Below are positions 1-12,200 of a DNA stretch of 64,000 nucleotides, piece by piece (the first letter of the stretch is position 1; every line of letters starts with the position of its first letter). The stretch comes from Hormiphora californensis. Its lineage: Eukaryota; Animalia; Ctenophora. The notes beneath the pieces were generated by a model. It had not been told where the DNA came from. It ran no database searches and was given only the letters and a program-made list of their open reading frames with translations. The stretch is taken from NCBI GenBank assembly GCA_020137815.1, contig CM035359.1, forward strand, positions 3,038,001 to 3,102,000, written 5' to 3'. A program made the position numbers and the translations under genes.

Positions 1-1
1 C

Positions 2-3000
2 GAGGTCTACGAAAATGATATTACACAATCCGAGGGCGAGATTTTCCTTGACTTCCTCAAATTCTACGCGTGCGAGTTTGACAGCGCTAAGAACGCCGTT
101 GATATCCGTCCTGAGCACGTGACGAAAGTCTCCACCGGTAACGGGGCAATATGGACAATCGAGGATCCGATTGTTGAGAAGAATCTGGGGAGGACAATGC
201 CGCCTGGGAGAACGTATGAGATGAAACTGTTTTATTACAACCTTCTTGTAATGCTGAGTGATCACCGAATGAATGAGGAGTGTCTATTGAAGGAGATAGA
301 ACAGGGAATTCAGATTTCAAAGAGACCAGACATCAACCCTCTCGCGAGTGAGTTTTGTTTCTTTTGCTTTATGTAACAGGTGTTAAGTGCTGTATACTAT
401 ACAGTACCAGCTGTTACATGTATGCAGCTATTAGTAACCCGACTCCAACATGTACATATATTTCATAACAACACTGCATTATAGTTGCCATGGTAACCAA
501 CCCACCTCCCTTCTTCAGAACCAGATAAGGTGAACAAACAGCAGCAAAATAAGAAACAGAATAGACGAGATAGAAAGAAGAAACCCAACCAACAGGAGGG
601 ACAGGAGGACGGCGATGCTGGACCATCATCATCTTCACCATCCAAGAACACCAAACAACCTGACCCGAAATCTATCACAAAAACGATCGAGAACAAGCCC
701 ACCGCAGGAGGTTCGGCCAAGAAGCAGAGAAACAAAAAGCAGGGAACTAGTTCGTCCGAGGGTGACATTGTCGTCATCAACGATGAGTCTCTCGACCAAA
801 TGATGGGAGAGTTGAAAATTGAGGACAATTTGACACACACAAAACAAGGTATTATGGTGACGAATACTCTTGGAATTATTTCATTTCCGGCTCTCGGTAT
901 TTCACGTTCACCGGAAATTCCCCCGATGAGACCTTTAGTAAACCGAGTAGTTTTACCTGTTTTGGAAAGAACATTGGTGGGAAATTTAAGAATCTGTAAT
1001 AGATGGTCAACAGCAGTTGTTAGTTTGATGGCCGGCTGCCTCTTGTTCTCCTCGCGTCGGAGAAAAAGAGTTTTGTAGCAGATAAATTTACAAGAAAACG
1101 GTTCAAAAACACAATTTTTACAAAGATTTTAGATTTTTTTACGGTTATTATAATCGTCGTTTCCCTTGGTCTTATCTCGCGGGGAGTAACAGTGCTCACC
1201 CTTATCTTCTTTTTCAGAGAGAAAGTCCGTGAAGGCGATCATGGAGGAGAATTTCACGAAACTTTCGGTGAACTCAGATTGGAAGGTATGTGATCTGCTG
1301 ATTGTGATTTCTGATAATTCATTACCAACTGAAGAATTATCGTAAGAAATGTCGCGTGTAATAGTTCTACCCGAAAATATAACAAGAATTATTGCATTAT
1401 GTATTCATAATGCTGTGTTTCCCTGCCCTACCGTTTCACGTGTCAGTGACATTGTCACTGCCAACAGGATCAAGGCTTGGTCATAATGTAATGTGAGATG
1501 CATACGATCTAGCTGTCAGTATACCAATTAAAGAGAAACAACGATTTTGCAGTACTAATATTCAATTAAGAACAGGAGCTTTCGACTGATCTATGTCAGA
1601 CGTCTTCAGCTATAACAACAATGAAAATGAAAGTGTTTATGTAGTGGAGAAGAGGATATGAGATCCGGGGAGGGGAGGAGAGAGGAAGGGATGAGATCCG
1701 AGAAGGAAGATGCGATCCGAGAGGAGGGGATGGGGGAGGTGATCCACGGGAAGGGAGAAGAGGTGATCCGAGCTGAAGAGAATTAGGAAACAGGTTTGGG
1801 AGATCTAGGTTTGATGGAGATGCCAGCAGGTCGGGGTTTGAAGGAGTTACCAATCCTGGGGAGAAGGTGAGTCCATTGGAGGTTGACAGTAGGAACTTTA
1901 TCTGTTCGGTTAATCGCCGGTTAAAGAGTGTGAATAGCCGCTTGTTCCAGTAGATTTAGACTGAGGCAGGAGGAAGAAGAGGAGAGGATAGATGTAGAAT
2001 TCCAGTCCATGGTGTGTCCAAATTCCCGAGCGTGGATAGCAGGATCAGTATACTTCTCACATAGCTTAGAGTTACAACGAAGTAAAACAACTACGTATTT
2101 GGTACGCTTAGAGTTAGCTAACTCCCAATCACATGACACTTGCTAACCAGCTTTTGACATTCCAACTTAACTACTTATCTAACATCTCACACTCGACTCG
2201 CAAGATGAAAATGTGTATGTAACACGCGAAACGCGCGGCAGAGCATTTCATGTTTTGTTGAGTGGCGCGCACACACACGTCCATCAAACTGTGTCAATGA
2301 GGTGTTTGATGAAGGAGTAGCTCGTCACTGTGTGCGCGGCTCTAGTTGCTACACCGTTGCCCCCGCAACGAAAGTGTGACCAAAAAATGTCCCTCTACCG
2401 ATTAGTTAGTATACCAAAATGTCGTTTTCGAATTCTAACCCTGCTATGCCTTTTTACAAAGTAAAAAGGCATCCGGGTGAATGCCTTCGGCATTCACCCG
2501 GGCAGGGAAAAAATCATATATTAATATTAATATACAACCCGTTTCAGGTGGTTTACTATTCAACTGTGGGACAAGGATGTGGAGATAACAGATCCCTACT
2601 AGTTATTCCCATCCTAGCTGCTTTGGGGCTGAAAGTACCTGGGCTGCTAGGTAAACACACAAATACAGTGTTGTTTAATTTGAGTTTCACCCTCTTCAAC
2701 TTGATAACCAGAACTATACTTTCATTACTTGGTAACGCAATTACCCCTACCTTGCAGGCACGCTAAAACGTGCCTTACTATCGCAATTCTTTATTGTAGA
2801 GGAGTAATTTCGTTATCAATTTCATTACATGTGTTGGCTCGGTTAAAAATCAATCAACTCCTTTCAGCTGACAGTGCGGGATCGCCATTGGAGAAGTTAA
2901 AGTGTATACCTGGATTCAGGGGCAGTCTGTCTGTTGAAGAGATGAACAACCTCCTTGAAAATGTGGGCTGTTTCATCGCCACTACCAAGGTATGACGTCA

Positions 3001-3940
3001 TTGTTATCAGGAACCGACCGAATTAAGTAAACAGCCAATCAGAACTCGTTATTTAGGTCACGTGACTGGTTATCAGCCAATCAGGGACCAGTATTTCCTG
3101 ATTCGGTCGGTTCCTGATTGTTATAATTGCCCCTCATTGCGAGTAATAGGGATGACTTCTTAACCAATGGGTATAACACTCCTTACTCAATCACAGACTC
3201 AGTGATGTACACCAGGTGTGTCATCTGGCTGCGTGTACACTTTATCTCATATACTCATGCACACCTCCGTATAATATTGATCGAAATCCACCTATATATA
3301 TATATCATATTCACTTACGTACGCAATACTCATATAATCATATTCACTCACGTACGCAGTACTCATATCATATTCAGTCACGTACGCAATACTCATATCA
3401 TATTCACTCAGGTTGAGGAACCCGCCACAACCTCTGATCCCTATCAGGAAAGTGAGAAAAAGAATTCTGAAGACCCCGACTGGAAGGCGGCCCTGATTGG
3501 CTCAACAGGCGCTCAGTATGTAATGGGTGAAGTTGGGTGTATTGGAAAGGATACCGTGATTGGGCAAAAGAAGATGCTCCGAGGGCTGAGAAACTCACTT
3601 GATAAGGTAATAACTTATATAATCCACTTCCAATTGTGTCTTATTTTGATAAACTTAGATTGTTTCTATGTTTCTGGATTCTCAAATCGCCTGCTATGTC
3701 TTTTACGATGAGCTAATATAATTTGGGTTAATATTTTAACATAGTATAACCATGTGCCATAACATATATTCCTTTCTGCAGCTTGAAGTATCGAGTGTTC
3801 TCCAGCTGACAGACAGTAACATTCCTCTTGGAAACAGTTTCGGTTATTGTCTTGAACTTTTTGAAGTTATGCAAGCACTTGAAGGTAGGCCAATACTGTA
3901 CCCTCCATCTCTCTGTCTCTCTCTCTCTCTATCTTTCTCC

Positions 3941-4017
<77 letters not shown>

Positions 4018-5643
4018 CCAGGTTCTGGGACCCAGGAGCTGATATATACAGTCACCCGACAGTGCGCCACTTTACTAACATTCTCCAAGCATGTCACTAC
4101 CGCTACAGAGGCTGATAAGCAGGTTGGAATTTGATGCCATTAGTCATTATGTAGTCATTGGCAGTTGTTGTAGTCATAGGTAGTAGTTGTAATTTATGAG
4201 TCTGAAATTCCCTCGGTTTTAGATGAAATCAGTCAGCAAGTCAATAAATTTTGCCCTAATTCCCCAGGTTCGAGAAGTTTTGGCGAATGGAGCAGCAAAA
4301 TCTAAATTCTTTGAGATGTTAGCCGGTCAGGGAGTATCTCCGGAAACAATCACTGCCTTGAAAGAGAAGAAGGATGTGCTGAAACTGGCCCCAGAGAAAA
4401 CCGTGATCAAGGCGCCTTTCCCAGGTACATGTTTTCGCTGTTTTCAATTGGACCAAAAGAAAAGCACCCTTCCCAGTTAGGGATCTATCTATCTATCTAG
4501 ATAGACAGTTAGGGATAATGAATTAGTTTAAACTCATTTTGGCTGGACCAAAAGTAAGGTACCCTTAGTTCCCAGGTAGAATTAAGGTGGTCTGATAAGA
4601 ATGTCACAGTGCCTTGTTTAACATAAAATATAGTCATCTCCCGTTATTTAAAGTTACCGTCACGGGCATGTCACAGAACCTTTATCATCAGTGTTAAATT
4701 CAACACTACTTCATTTCTACCGTTATGGGTTACTTCATTATATCTCCATTATCAGGTACCGTTATGGGTTGCACTACCGAGAATGTGGAGCGGGTTCTAA
4801 GGGGCCTTGGAGGGTACGGGGCATCTGGAGATGGCCTGGAGGTCCTCGTGGAATCTGGTGATAGAGTGACATCAGGGACTCCTATCTTACGAGTTCACCA
4901 TTCTAACCCGGTAATTCTCTTTCTATCTCTCTCTCTCTCTCCCTCTCTCTCTATAGATATACGTATATCTCCCTCATTCCCCCACTAGATATCATATCTC
5001 ATTCCCCCACTAGATATCTCTAGATAATATCTCATTCCCCATCCAGATATCTCCTAAATTGATGACAGCTGTTAAAAAGATGATCCAAATAGAGCGGAAA
5101 TCATCTCGGGTCCTCTTCACTCTCCGCAATGATCTCACTGCAAGAAAACAAAGGGCAGCAAACGGTATGAGGTTATCAAAAACAATTGCATCATACGATT
5201 TTATTTTCATATCTTTTTAAATGTTTTACTTACGTTTGCTAACTCTCTTTCTTTTACAACAGGAAAGGAGAAGAAGAAAGTGGAAGTTGTTGCAGTTTCA
5301 GACAGTACTGACTTGGTTACTACTCATGATCCAGTTGGCCCAACAAGTAGTCTTGAACCAGCTCTTGAAAATCCAACGAATATGCAAGAAGATGCAAGCG
5401 ATTTTGTGGTGGTAGCCACCCCTGAAGGTATGTACGTACTTTTGTACAAGCTGTGAAGATTTTGCACAAACTTTTATAACCCCCTTGTATCATGAAATGA
5501 AGCTTAATTCTGCAAGTGTCTTGAAAATTAGTTAGGAGTTGCAGAATACAGTACAGCTCGGTTCCGTGAACTGCACTGATGAATTTAAACCAAGTTTCCA
5601 TTTTATTTCAGGTGATATCCGAAGTGTAGAGGCCCTCAATTAA
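2..5643 (+). CDS. 5'-truncated multi-exon gene: Cid1/TENT-family PAP-associated domain + disordered linker + degenerate thymidine/pyrimidine-nucleoside phosphorylase domain
   Basis: Phase-consistent GT-AG exons: <2-347, 519-848, 1218-1285, 2548-2650, 2868-2989, 3412-3606, 3782-3884, 4022-4122, 4268-4424, 4756-4909, 5047-5164, 5263-5427, 5612-5643 (TAA). Exon 1 reads SEGEIFLDFLKFYACEFD..AVDIR..WTIEDPIVEKNLGRT (PAP_assoc pattern). Later exons read GDNRSLLVIPILAALGLKVP, LEKLKCIPGF, PLGNSFGYCLELFEVMQALEG, LANGAAKSKFFEMLAGQGV and GLEVLVESGDRVTSGTPILRVH, collinear with TYMP/PyNP. Confidence 0.75.
1540..2060 (-). mobile_element. Penelope-like retroelement 3' remnant (GIY-YIG C-terminus + CT-rich UTR)
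   Basis: Minus-strand AIHAREFGHTMDWNSTSIL...LLEQAAIH, then frameshifted NRTDKVPTVNLQW; resembles the PLE endonuclease tail. Ends in a hammerhead motif. Confidence 0.65.
1572..1613 (-). ncRNA. minimal type I hammerhead ribozyme motif
   Basis: Minus strand: atag CTGAAGA c gtctga cataga tcagtc GAAA gctc ctgt. Conserved core, stem II with one mismatch, palindromic AGCT stem III, 4-bp stem I. Confidence 0.6.
3008..3116. mobile_element. 109-bp hAT-type MITE
   Basis: TIR CAGGAACCGACCGAAT; 8-bp TSD ATTGTTAT on both sides. Confidence 0.85.
3905..4018. repeat. (CT)n microsatellite forming the polypyrimidine tract of the 4022 acceptor
   Basis: Long CT run ending in ccccag. Confidence 0.9.
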
Positions 5644-6266
5644 AATGACTCCTTGATACTGGGAGTGTGATAATTGTAAGGGACTTTTCTGTGTGTGTAT
5701 TGGTTATATATCTAATTTTAAGAACAAAATGTTAATTTTTAATCTATTTTATATCAAACATACGTCATACATATTGTGTGCTACATAGTTTATTCTCTAG
5801 TGCATCTATATAATGGTGCCAATTGAAAGGGGCGTTATTGTCGGAATTGTTTCAATGGGAAGTTCCCATTGGGAACTGTTGCAGTTGATCCACTCTGGAG
5901 TATATTTAAATTGAGTGTGTTAAATTACACTGAGTGTGTTCGTGTACAATGTTTTGAAGGGCATGTTTTTGTTAGACAACGTATATTATATTGTCTTTTC
6001 AACTACATGAAGCTTGTTTATATCAAGGGGCTGCCGTTTTTCTACTAAAAAATATATACTGGAGTGAGTTCCATTAAATATCTGGAACCCACTTCAGTTA
6101 GACTGCCATTCATGCGCCCCGCAAAGCAATGGAACCCAATGGAACTAAATTACTTGGGTCGGTTGGTCCAGCACAAGTTCCACTAACACTCGATATATCT
6201 CTCCAAGCTGTATGAATCCACAGTACACTAATGGAAGGGTGTTAACAGCGGTTAGGAAGTGAAACT

Positions 6267-9200
6267 ATGACGGAAGGAGCCAGTAGTACACCAAGTTCAG
6301 ATTTAGGTTAGTTCACCATGCTGCACGGTTCAAAACTGTGTTAGACAACTTTCAAATTGCAGTGATTAATTGGGTTCAGGGTTGTTGCCAATAAATATAT
6401 CAGTGGGTAATTGGTTAGTTGCCAATCAAAATATCAGTGTTAATTGACACAGGTCGGATATCAGCGGATCTCATATCAACTGATCACGAATTAAAGGAGT
6501 TAAAGAAGGATTTAAATGCGACACAAACTGCTTTTGCAACATTTCGAGAAGACTATAGGTACGTGGTATTAGTGAGAATATAGTACAGGGTGTTCATTTT
6601 GGATCTTTACAAGCGTTGGGCTTCACCCAGAAAAAAGTTGACAAGATTAGGTCATGAAACTTCATACTTGCACTATTCTATACCCTCATTCAAGGTTCCT
6701 GGGGGTTTTGGAGCTTTAGGACCCTGGGAACTGTGTTTTTGGCATCACAACTACCAGAAGGAATTTTTTGCTGGTGCTAAGACTTTGCTAAAATGTTTTT
6801 TGGGTATTTTCTATGTCAATCCTAAAGTTTCATAGAGATTGGATGTGTTTTTCAGACTCAAAATTTCGTAAAAAGTGGCTGGAAAGACTCAATTTTAGCC
6901 GTTTTTGAGCTGTTTTCGAGCCTTTCCAGCCACTTTTATCGAAATTTTGAGTCCGAAAAACACATCCAATCTCTATGAAACTTTAGGATTGACATAGAAA
7001 ATACCCAAAAAACATTTTAGCAAAGTCTCAGCACCAGCAAAAAATTCCTTCTGGTAGTTTTGATGCCAAAAACACACTTCCCGGGGTGCTAGAGCTCCAA
7101 AGCCCCCAGGAACCTTGAATGAGGGTACAGAATGGTCCACGTATGAAGTTTCATGACCTGATCTTGTCAACTTTTTTCTGGGTGAAGGCCAACGCTTGTA
7201 AAGATCCAAAATGAACACCCAGTATGTATATAAGTTCGTCATTCTTATAATAAAATAAATAATAATCACTTTACCAAACTCGCAATTTAACCCTTTCCCT
7301 AACCACTCACAAGTTAACCACTCGCCAGTTAACCACTTGCCCCTCTATTTTCAGTCAACCGTTAACCACTTGCCCCTATATTTGCAGTCAACTGTTAACC
7401 ACTTGCCCCTCTATTTTCAGTCAACTGTTAACCACTTGCCCCTCTATTTTCAGTCAACTGTTAACCACTTGTACCTCTATTTTCAGTCAACTGTTAACCA
7501 CTTGTACCTCTATTTTCAGTCAACTGTTAACCACTTGCCCCTCTATTTTCAGTCAACTGTTAACCACTTGCCCCTCTATTTTCAGTCAACTGTTAACCCT
7601 CTATAATGATACCAACAATGAACTACAAAAACTCCTTCATGAACGAAGTTTAGAGGGCGCCGCTGTTCAGGTGAGAAAAAAATGAAAACTACAAACTAAA
7701 AAATTTGGCCTTATCTAAAAAAACTCAGTTTTTAAGTTCTAAGAACGAAATCGAAGACTTTCAAGTTTCAATTAGTTTTTAGATAGAAAAACTAAAATAA
7801 ATTGGTTTTGCAGGAGCTTGCAGAAAATGTCGAGTTACGGGATCGGTGTAGATCTTTAGAGATTGAAAAATGCAAATACAGAGAGGTAAATAAAACGTAT
7901 TTCCCAGTGTTTTCAAGAAAAATATTGATTTTCTATTGCGATTATCTAATAACTACCTCTTAATTAACTCTTAATTAATTAACTCCGTTAATTATCAGAT
8001 GTACGAGGCAGCAATGGAAGATGCCCACACCAGACCACCACAACAAACAACATCCCCATACAATAACGATTCTGAGGAACTGAGGGAACAAATACGGGAC
8101 ATGGCGGGGCAAATACAAGAGCTAGAAATCGTAAGGGCAGATCTGGGAATGCGTCTACAACATCAAAGTAAGTGTGTCAGGGGTGTGCCAGGGGTTTTAA
8201 AACTATCATTATTTCTTTTTATATCAAGGAGCTCTGTCCCCTAGGCCCCCGCCGGGGCTGTGCCCCTGGACCCCCTGGTGGGGGGGTTTTCACGGCCCCA
8301 CTCCCCCTGACTGGGGCTGCCACCCCTAAAATAGGGGTCCGCTAAATAGGGGGTCAGGCGAATAGGCGTTTTCGTAAATATAGGTCTGGTACGTTGATTC
8401 ATTAAGCTGAGTCCTACACCTTCCCATTACACTGCCCCTTCCCTCTCTTGATCAGATCTGGTGAACTGGTGAAGCTCGGTAATAACTGAGCTCTGGTTAC
8501 ACTAAACACTAAACAACAATTATCCCTCTCTCTCCCTCCCCTCCCCCTGGCTCCCATCTCTCACTCCCCCTGTCCCTACAACAATGTACAATGTTGTACA
8601 TATTCTTTGTCACAAAACAACAATACAAGCCGTTCGTTGTCCGTGGAATTTATGCACTCTGCATGTTGCTGCAGAAGTTGATATCTCCCCACTCCTGAAT
8701 TGGAGAAAGACGTAACGCGCGATAACTGGGTTGTGAGCAAAGATGGTTTGTTTGCGCGCGGATGGCGCTTTCCATTCCCCGCGGACTCTCTGGACTCCTT
8801 CCAACAACTGTTTCACCCCACAGTTTGGGGCCAAATAAAACCCTCATGAGCCACACTGACAACCTTAACAAGTGCTCTATTATCTAATTGGAACTAATTA
8901 CCCCCAATTAGCGGTAGAGCAAAATGAGACTATGGATGACCTGGCAAGATGCCGAGTAGAGCTAGAGGCAGTGGAGGGAGCCCACACTGAGGCGAGGGAG
9001 GAGGCAGACTTCTACAAAGAGCAAATAGAGGTCATGAAGGTAGGTTGGAGATTGTGCTGAAGTGCACACTTTCATGATGGTGATACCGTTTTATTTGTCG
9101 GTAGACATTGTTCATAATTCATTACACTAGAAACAAAGCATGTTTCTTGAAAAGATTTTAACACCAAATTTCACAATTATTCCCATGTTCACAGTAAACA

Positions 9201-12200
9201 GTTGTAGTACATGTTAATATGGTATTCACTTGTCCGTTCTTTGTTACACCATGCACATTAGACCCTGCAGCTGATCCAAAGGGCCCCCTCAACTGTAGGC
9301 CCCTCATTCCACTCCGGACAACTCATTTCCTCCTTATCAAAGAAAAAGAACCCAAAACCATCAGTAAACTTCCGACCCACCAGCTGACAGGGATCGAGTG
9401 AGACCACAAGTTGTGAAGCTCCCCTAGGAAATTCAATATTGTGTACCAAGGGAGGTCCAGCAAGACCAAGCTGAATCATCCCGCTCGGTGATAACACTCC
9501 CTGTGGTCTGGTTACATCGCCCACAGTTGATGCAAATACATCCTCCGAATCTTCTTCTCCTTCGCGTCTAGATTTATTATACCCCGCCAATCTACAAATC
9601 TTCCTCAAGATATTTTTGTTGCTCAGTAACTCCTCCGTGGCAAGGACCGTTCCCGTTTTGGCCCGATAATGAACCTCACGAGGGGCGCCTGGTACTGTCA
9701 TCGTGTCTAGGTTCAGATCGAACACAACGAGTCCTTCAGCCCGGTCCCCCGTCTTGTAAGGCTGAATCTTTGGCTCCTTGCCAGAGGAATCGAAGTTGCT
9801 AAGCAACCTAACTCCCTTCAAACCCCACCTGTCTGGCCGGTTTATACACCCAATAACGAGCGTGTCATCGGCAGTGCAGTCTGTACCATCAACAATTTGA
9901 CAGTCCTCTATTGAAGTTCTCGGATGCCAGGGACATTGGAATGCCACGATGGGCTGTTTGTTGAAACTCCTAATTAGTGCACGATCGTCAGCGTCCCAGT
10001 ATTTCTGAAACATGGCCGCCCTTGTGTACCCTGCCCTTCGACACAACTGTTCGACGTGAGAAAGGGTGAGGTTCCGATAGCACACAAATGCAGATACAGA
10101 CACATCATTCAGTTTCAATTTAACCTCCACACTACCAATATCCATTTTTGTCATCCTCCAATCTTGTTCTATATACTTGCCACCGGACCTCAGGGACACC
10201 CGAGTGATGTTCCCAAATGTCAGAGGTAGAGCCATACCAAGGTAATCCACCTCCTCTGGGCCTTCCGTGGTCAGGGATGCAGAGGTAGGAGTGGGGGTGT
10301 ACTGGGAGGATACTACTGTAAAGCAGCAGCCCCATAGAAGGAGAAGAGCAACAAACTTAAACCGCATATTTTGTGAAATGGCCCGCAAAAATATTCCTTG
10401 GAATCTAATATATATATATTGCTTTGACTTATTAGTTATTACTTCCGCCCACTGTACATAACGTTATTATGTACCCCTCCCGGAATTTTAAAAATGTTAT
10501 GAGACACGTGGACAATAATTTGGTAACGCAATTACCCCTACATTGCGGGCACGCTAAACCGTGCCTTACTATCGCAATGCCCTATAACAGAGGGGTAATT
10601 TCGTTACCAAGACAATAATGCGTGACTAGAAATCCCTTTGAAGTAGAGCACCCGTTGACCCGAATCCCCACACTCTTCCTCACCCAGCAGGAGCACCCCT
10701 CTCACCCGCTGCACCAACCCGCACGTGCAGCCTTCAATCACCCGCTGCGTAGGGATGAAAGGTATTGGTATGCTTTTCCAGCAGAAACTCCATTATTAAT
10801 CCTACAGCTACAGACATGCATAGATATTAGACCTTGGTGTCACATGAAGATTATTTCTCTCTCTCACTTATAATACCGATTTATTCATGTTGTGATCGTC
10901 CTATCTATATCTGTATTTTGTTCCAAAAGATGATCAAAAGATGATACAATCAGTTAATTCTCTGTTCACATCAGTAGCAACAATACTATATGTGTAATGT
11001 ACTCTTTCTAGAGTTTGAACTGAACAGTAGTTTGAACTGAACAGTAGTTGATATATTAGCTACTAAACAACTTTACTTTTCTAGAGTTCAGTAGTTGATA
11101 TATTAGCTACTAAACAACTTTACTTTTCTAGAGTTCAGTAGTTGATATATTAGCTACTAAACAACTTTACTTTTCTAGAGTTCAGTAATTGACAAACTAC
11201 GCAAGGAGTTCGGGGAGATGGGGGATGAAAATAGCCGGCTAAAAGATGAACTAAGAAGAAGAGAGGAAAGGAAAGAAAGTCAGGATGAACTGGTTTGTAC
11301 CGCTAACGCAAATCAAGAGGATCTGGTTAGGGAGTGCAAGGTAAAAACACCAGGGGAGGGGAATCTGGTTAGGTTTGTTAAGTAAGTTAGTCAAGAAAGT
11401 TAGGTATAGATAATTTCTAAAATGTTTAATGTGATATATATTAGAGTAACTCCCCCTCCTCAATATTTAGACGCTACAACAAAAGTTTACCGAAACCGAG
11501 GAGAGAGAACAGGAGGCCCTGGTTTACATCAAGGACTGTCTGAAACTCGTAGAACAAACCCACCACGAGAAGGTTTGGATAATTGGTTGGATAGCCAGCT
11601 TGTAGGAATTGTGAGCAGCGAGTCGGCAAATAATCAATAGTCAACACACATCACCTTCTTGGCCTACTCGATCATCTTTCTCGCCCGGTTCAGAGAGGAC
11701 AGTCTCTTGTTTGTAAAAGAAGATAGAACAATGCATAATGATAATGTAACATATACAATGTAACATATATGAATATTCACCCTTTTCAGAAACAATTAGA
11801 GATGCAGGTAGCCCAAGCTAATGCGATGCAGTCCCAACTAGAGGGAAACTTCTCGAGTCTCGTTGATGAAGCCAGCAGGAGGACTGTTGAAGAGGTAATT
11901 TCCTAGGGTGTTACTAGGGTGTTACTAGGTGTAACTAGGGTGTTACTAGGGTGTTACTAGGTGTAACTAGGGTGTTACTAGGGTGTTATTAGGGCAAACT
12001 AAGCCAACAGGAGGACTGTTGAAGAGGTAATTTCCTAGGGGGAGTGTCGAATTCCTATGCTAGGAAACTAATCAATAGACTAATGAAAGGTGAAGTGAGG
12101 TACGATCTGTGGTATCCGGGCAGGGGAAATAAAAATGTTATAACAAGACACATGTAACATGTGTAATATACAGGTGGAACGTGTTAGGACCTGTGTAATA

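Noticed and set aside
7327-7598. CRISPR-like regular repeats (also 12165-12784 and 22570-23460)
   Set aside because: No unique spacers, no cas genes, eukaryotic context.
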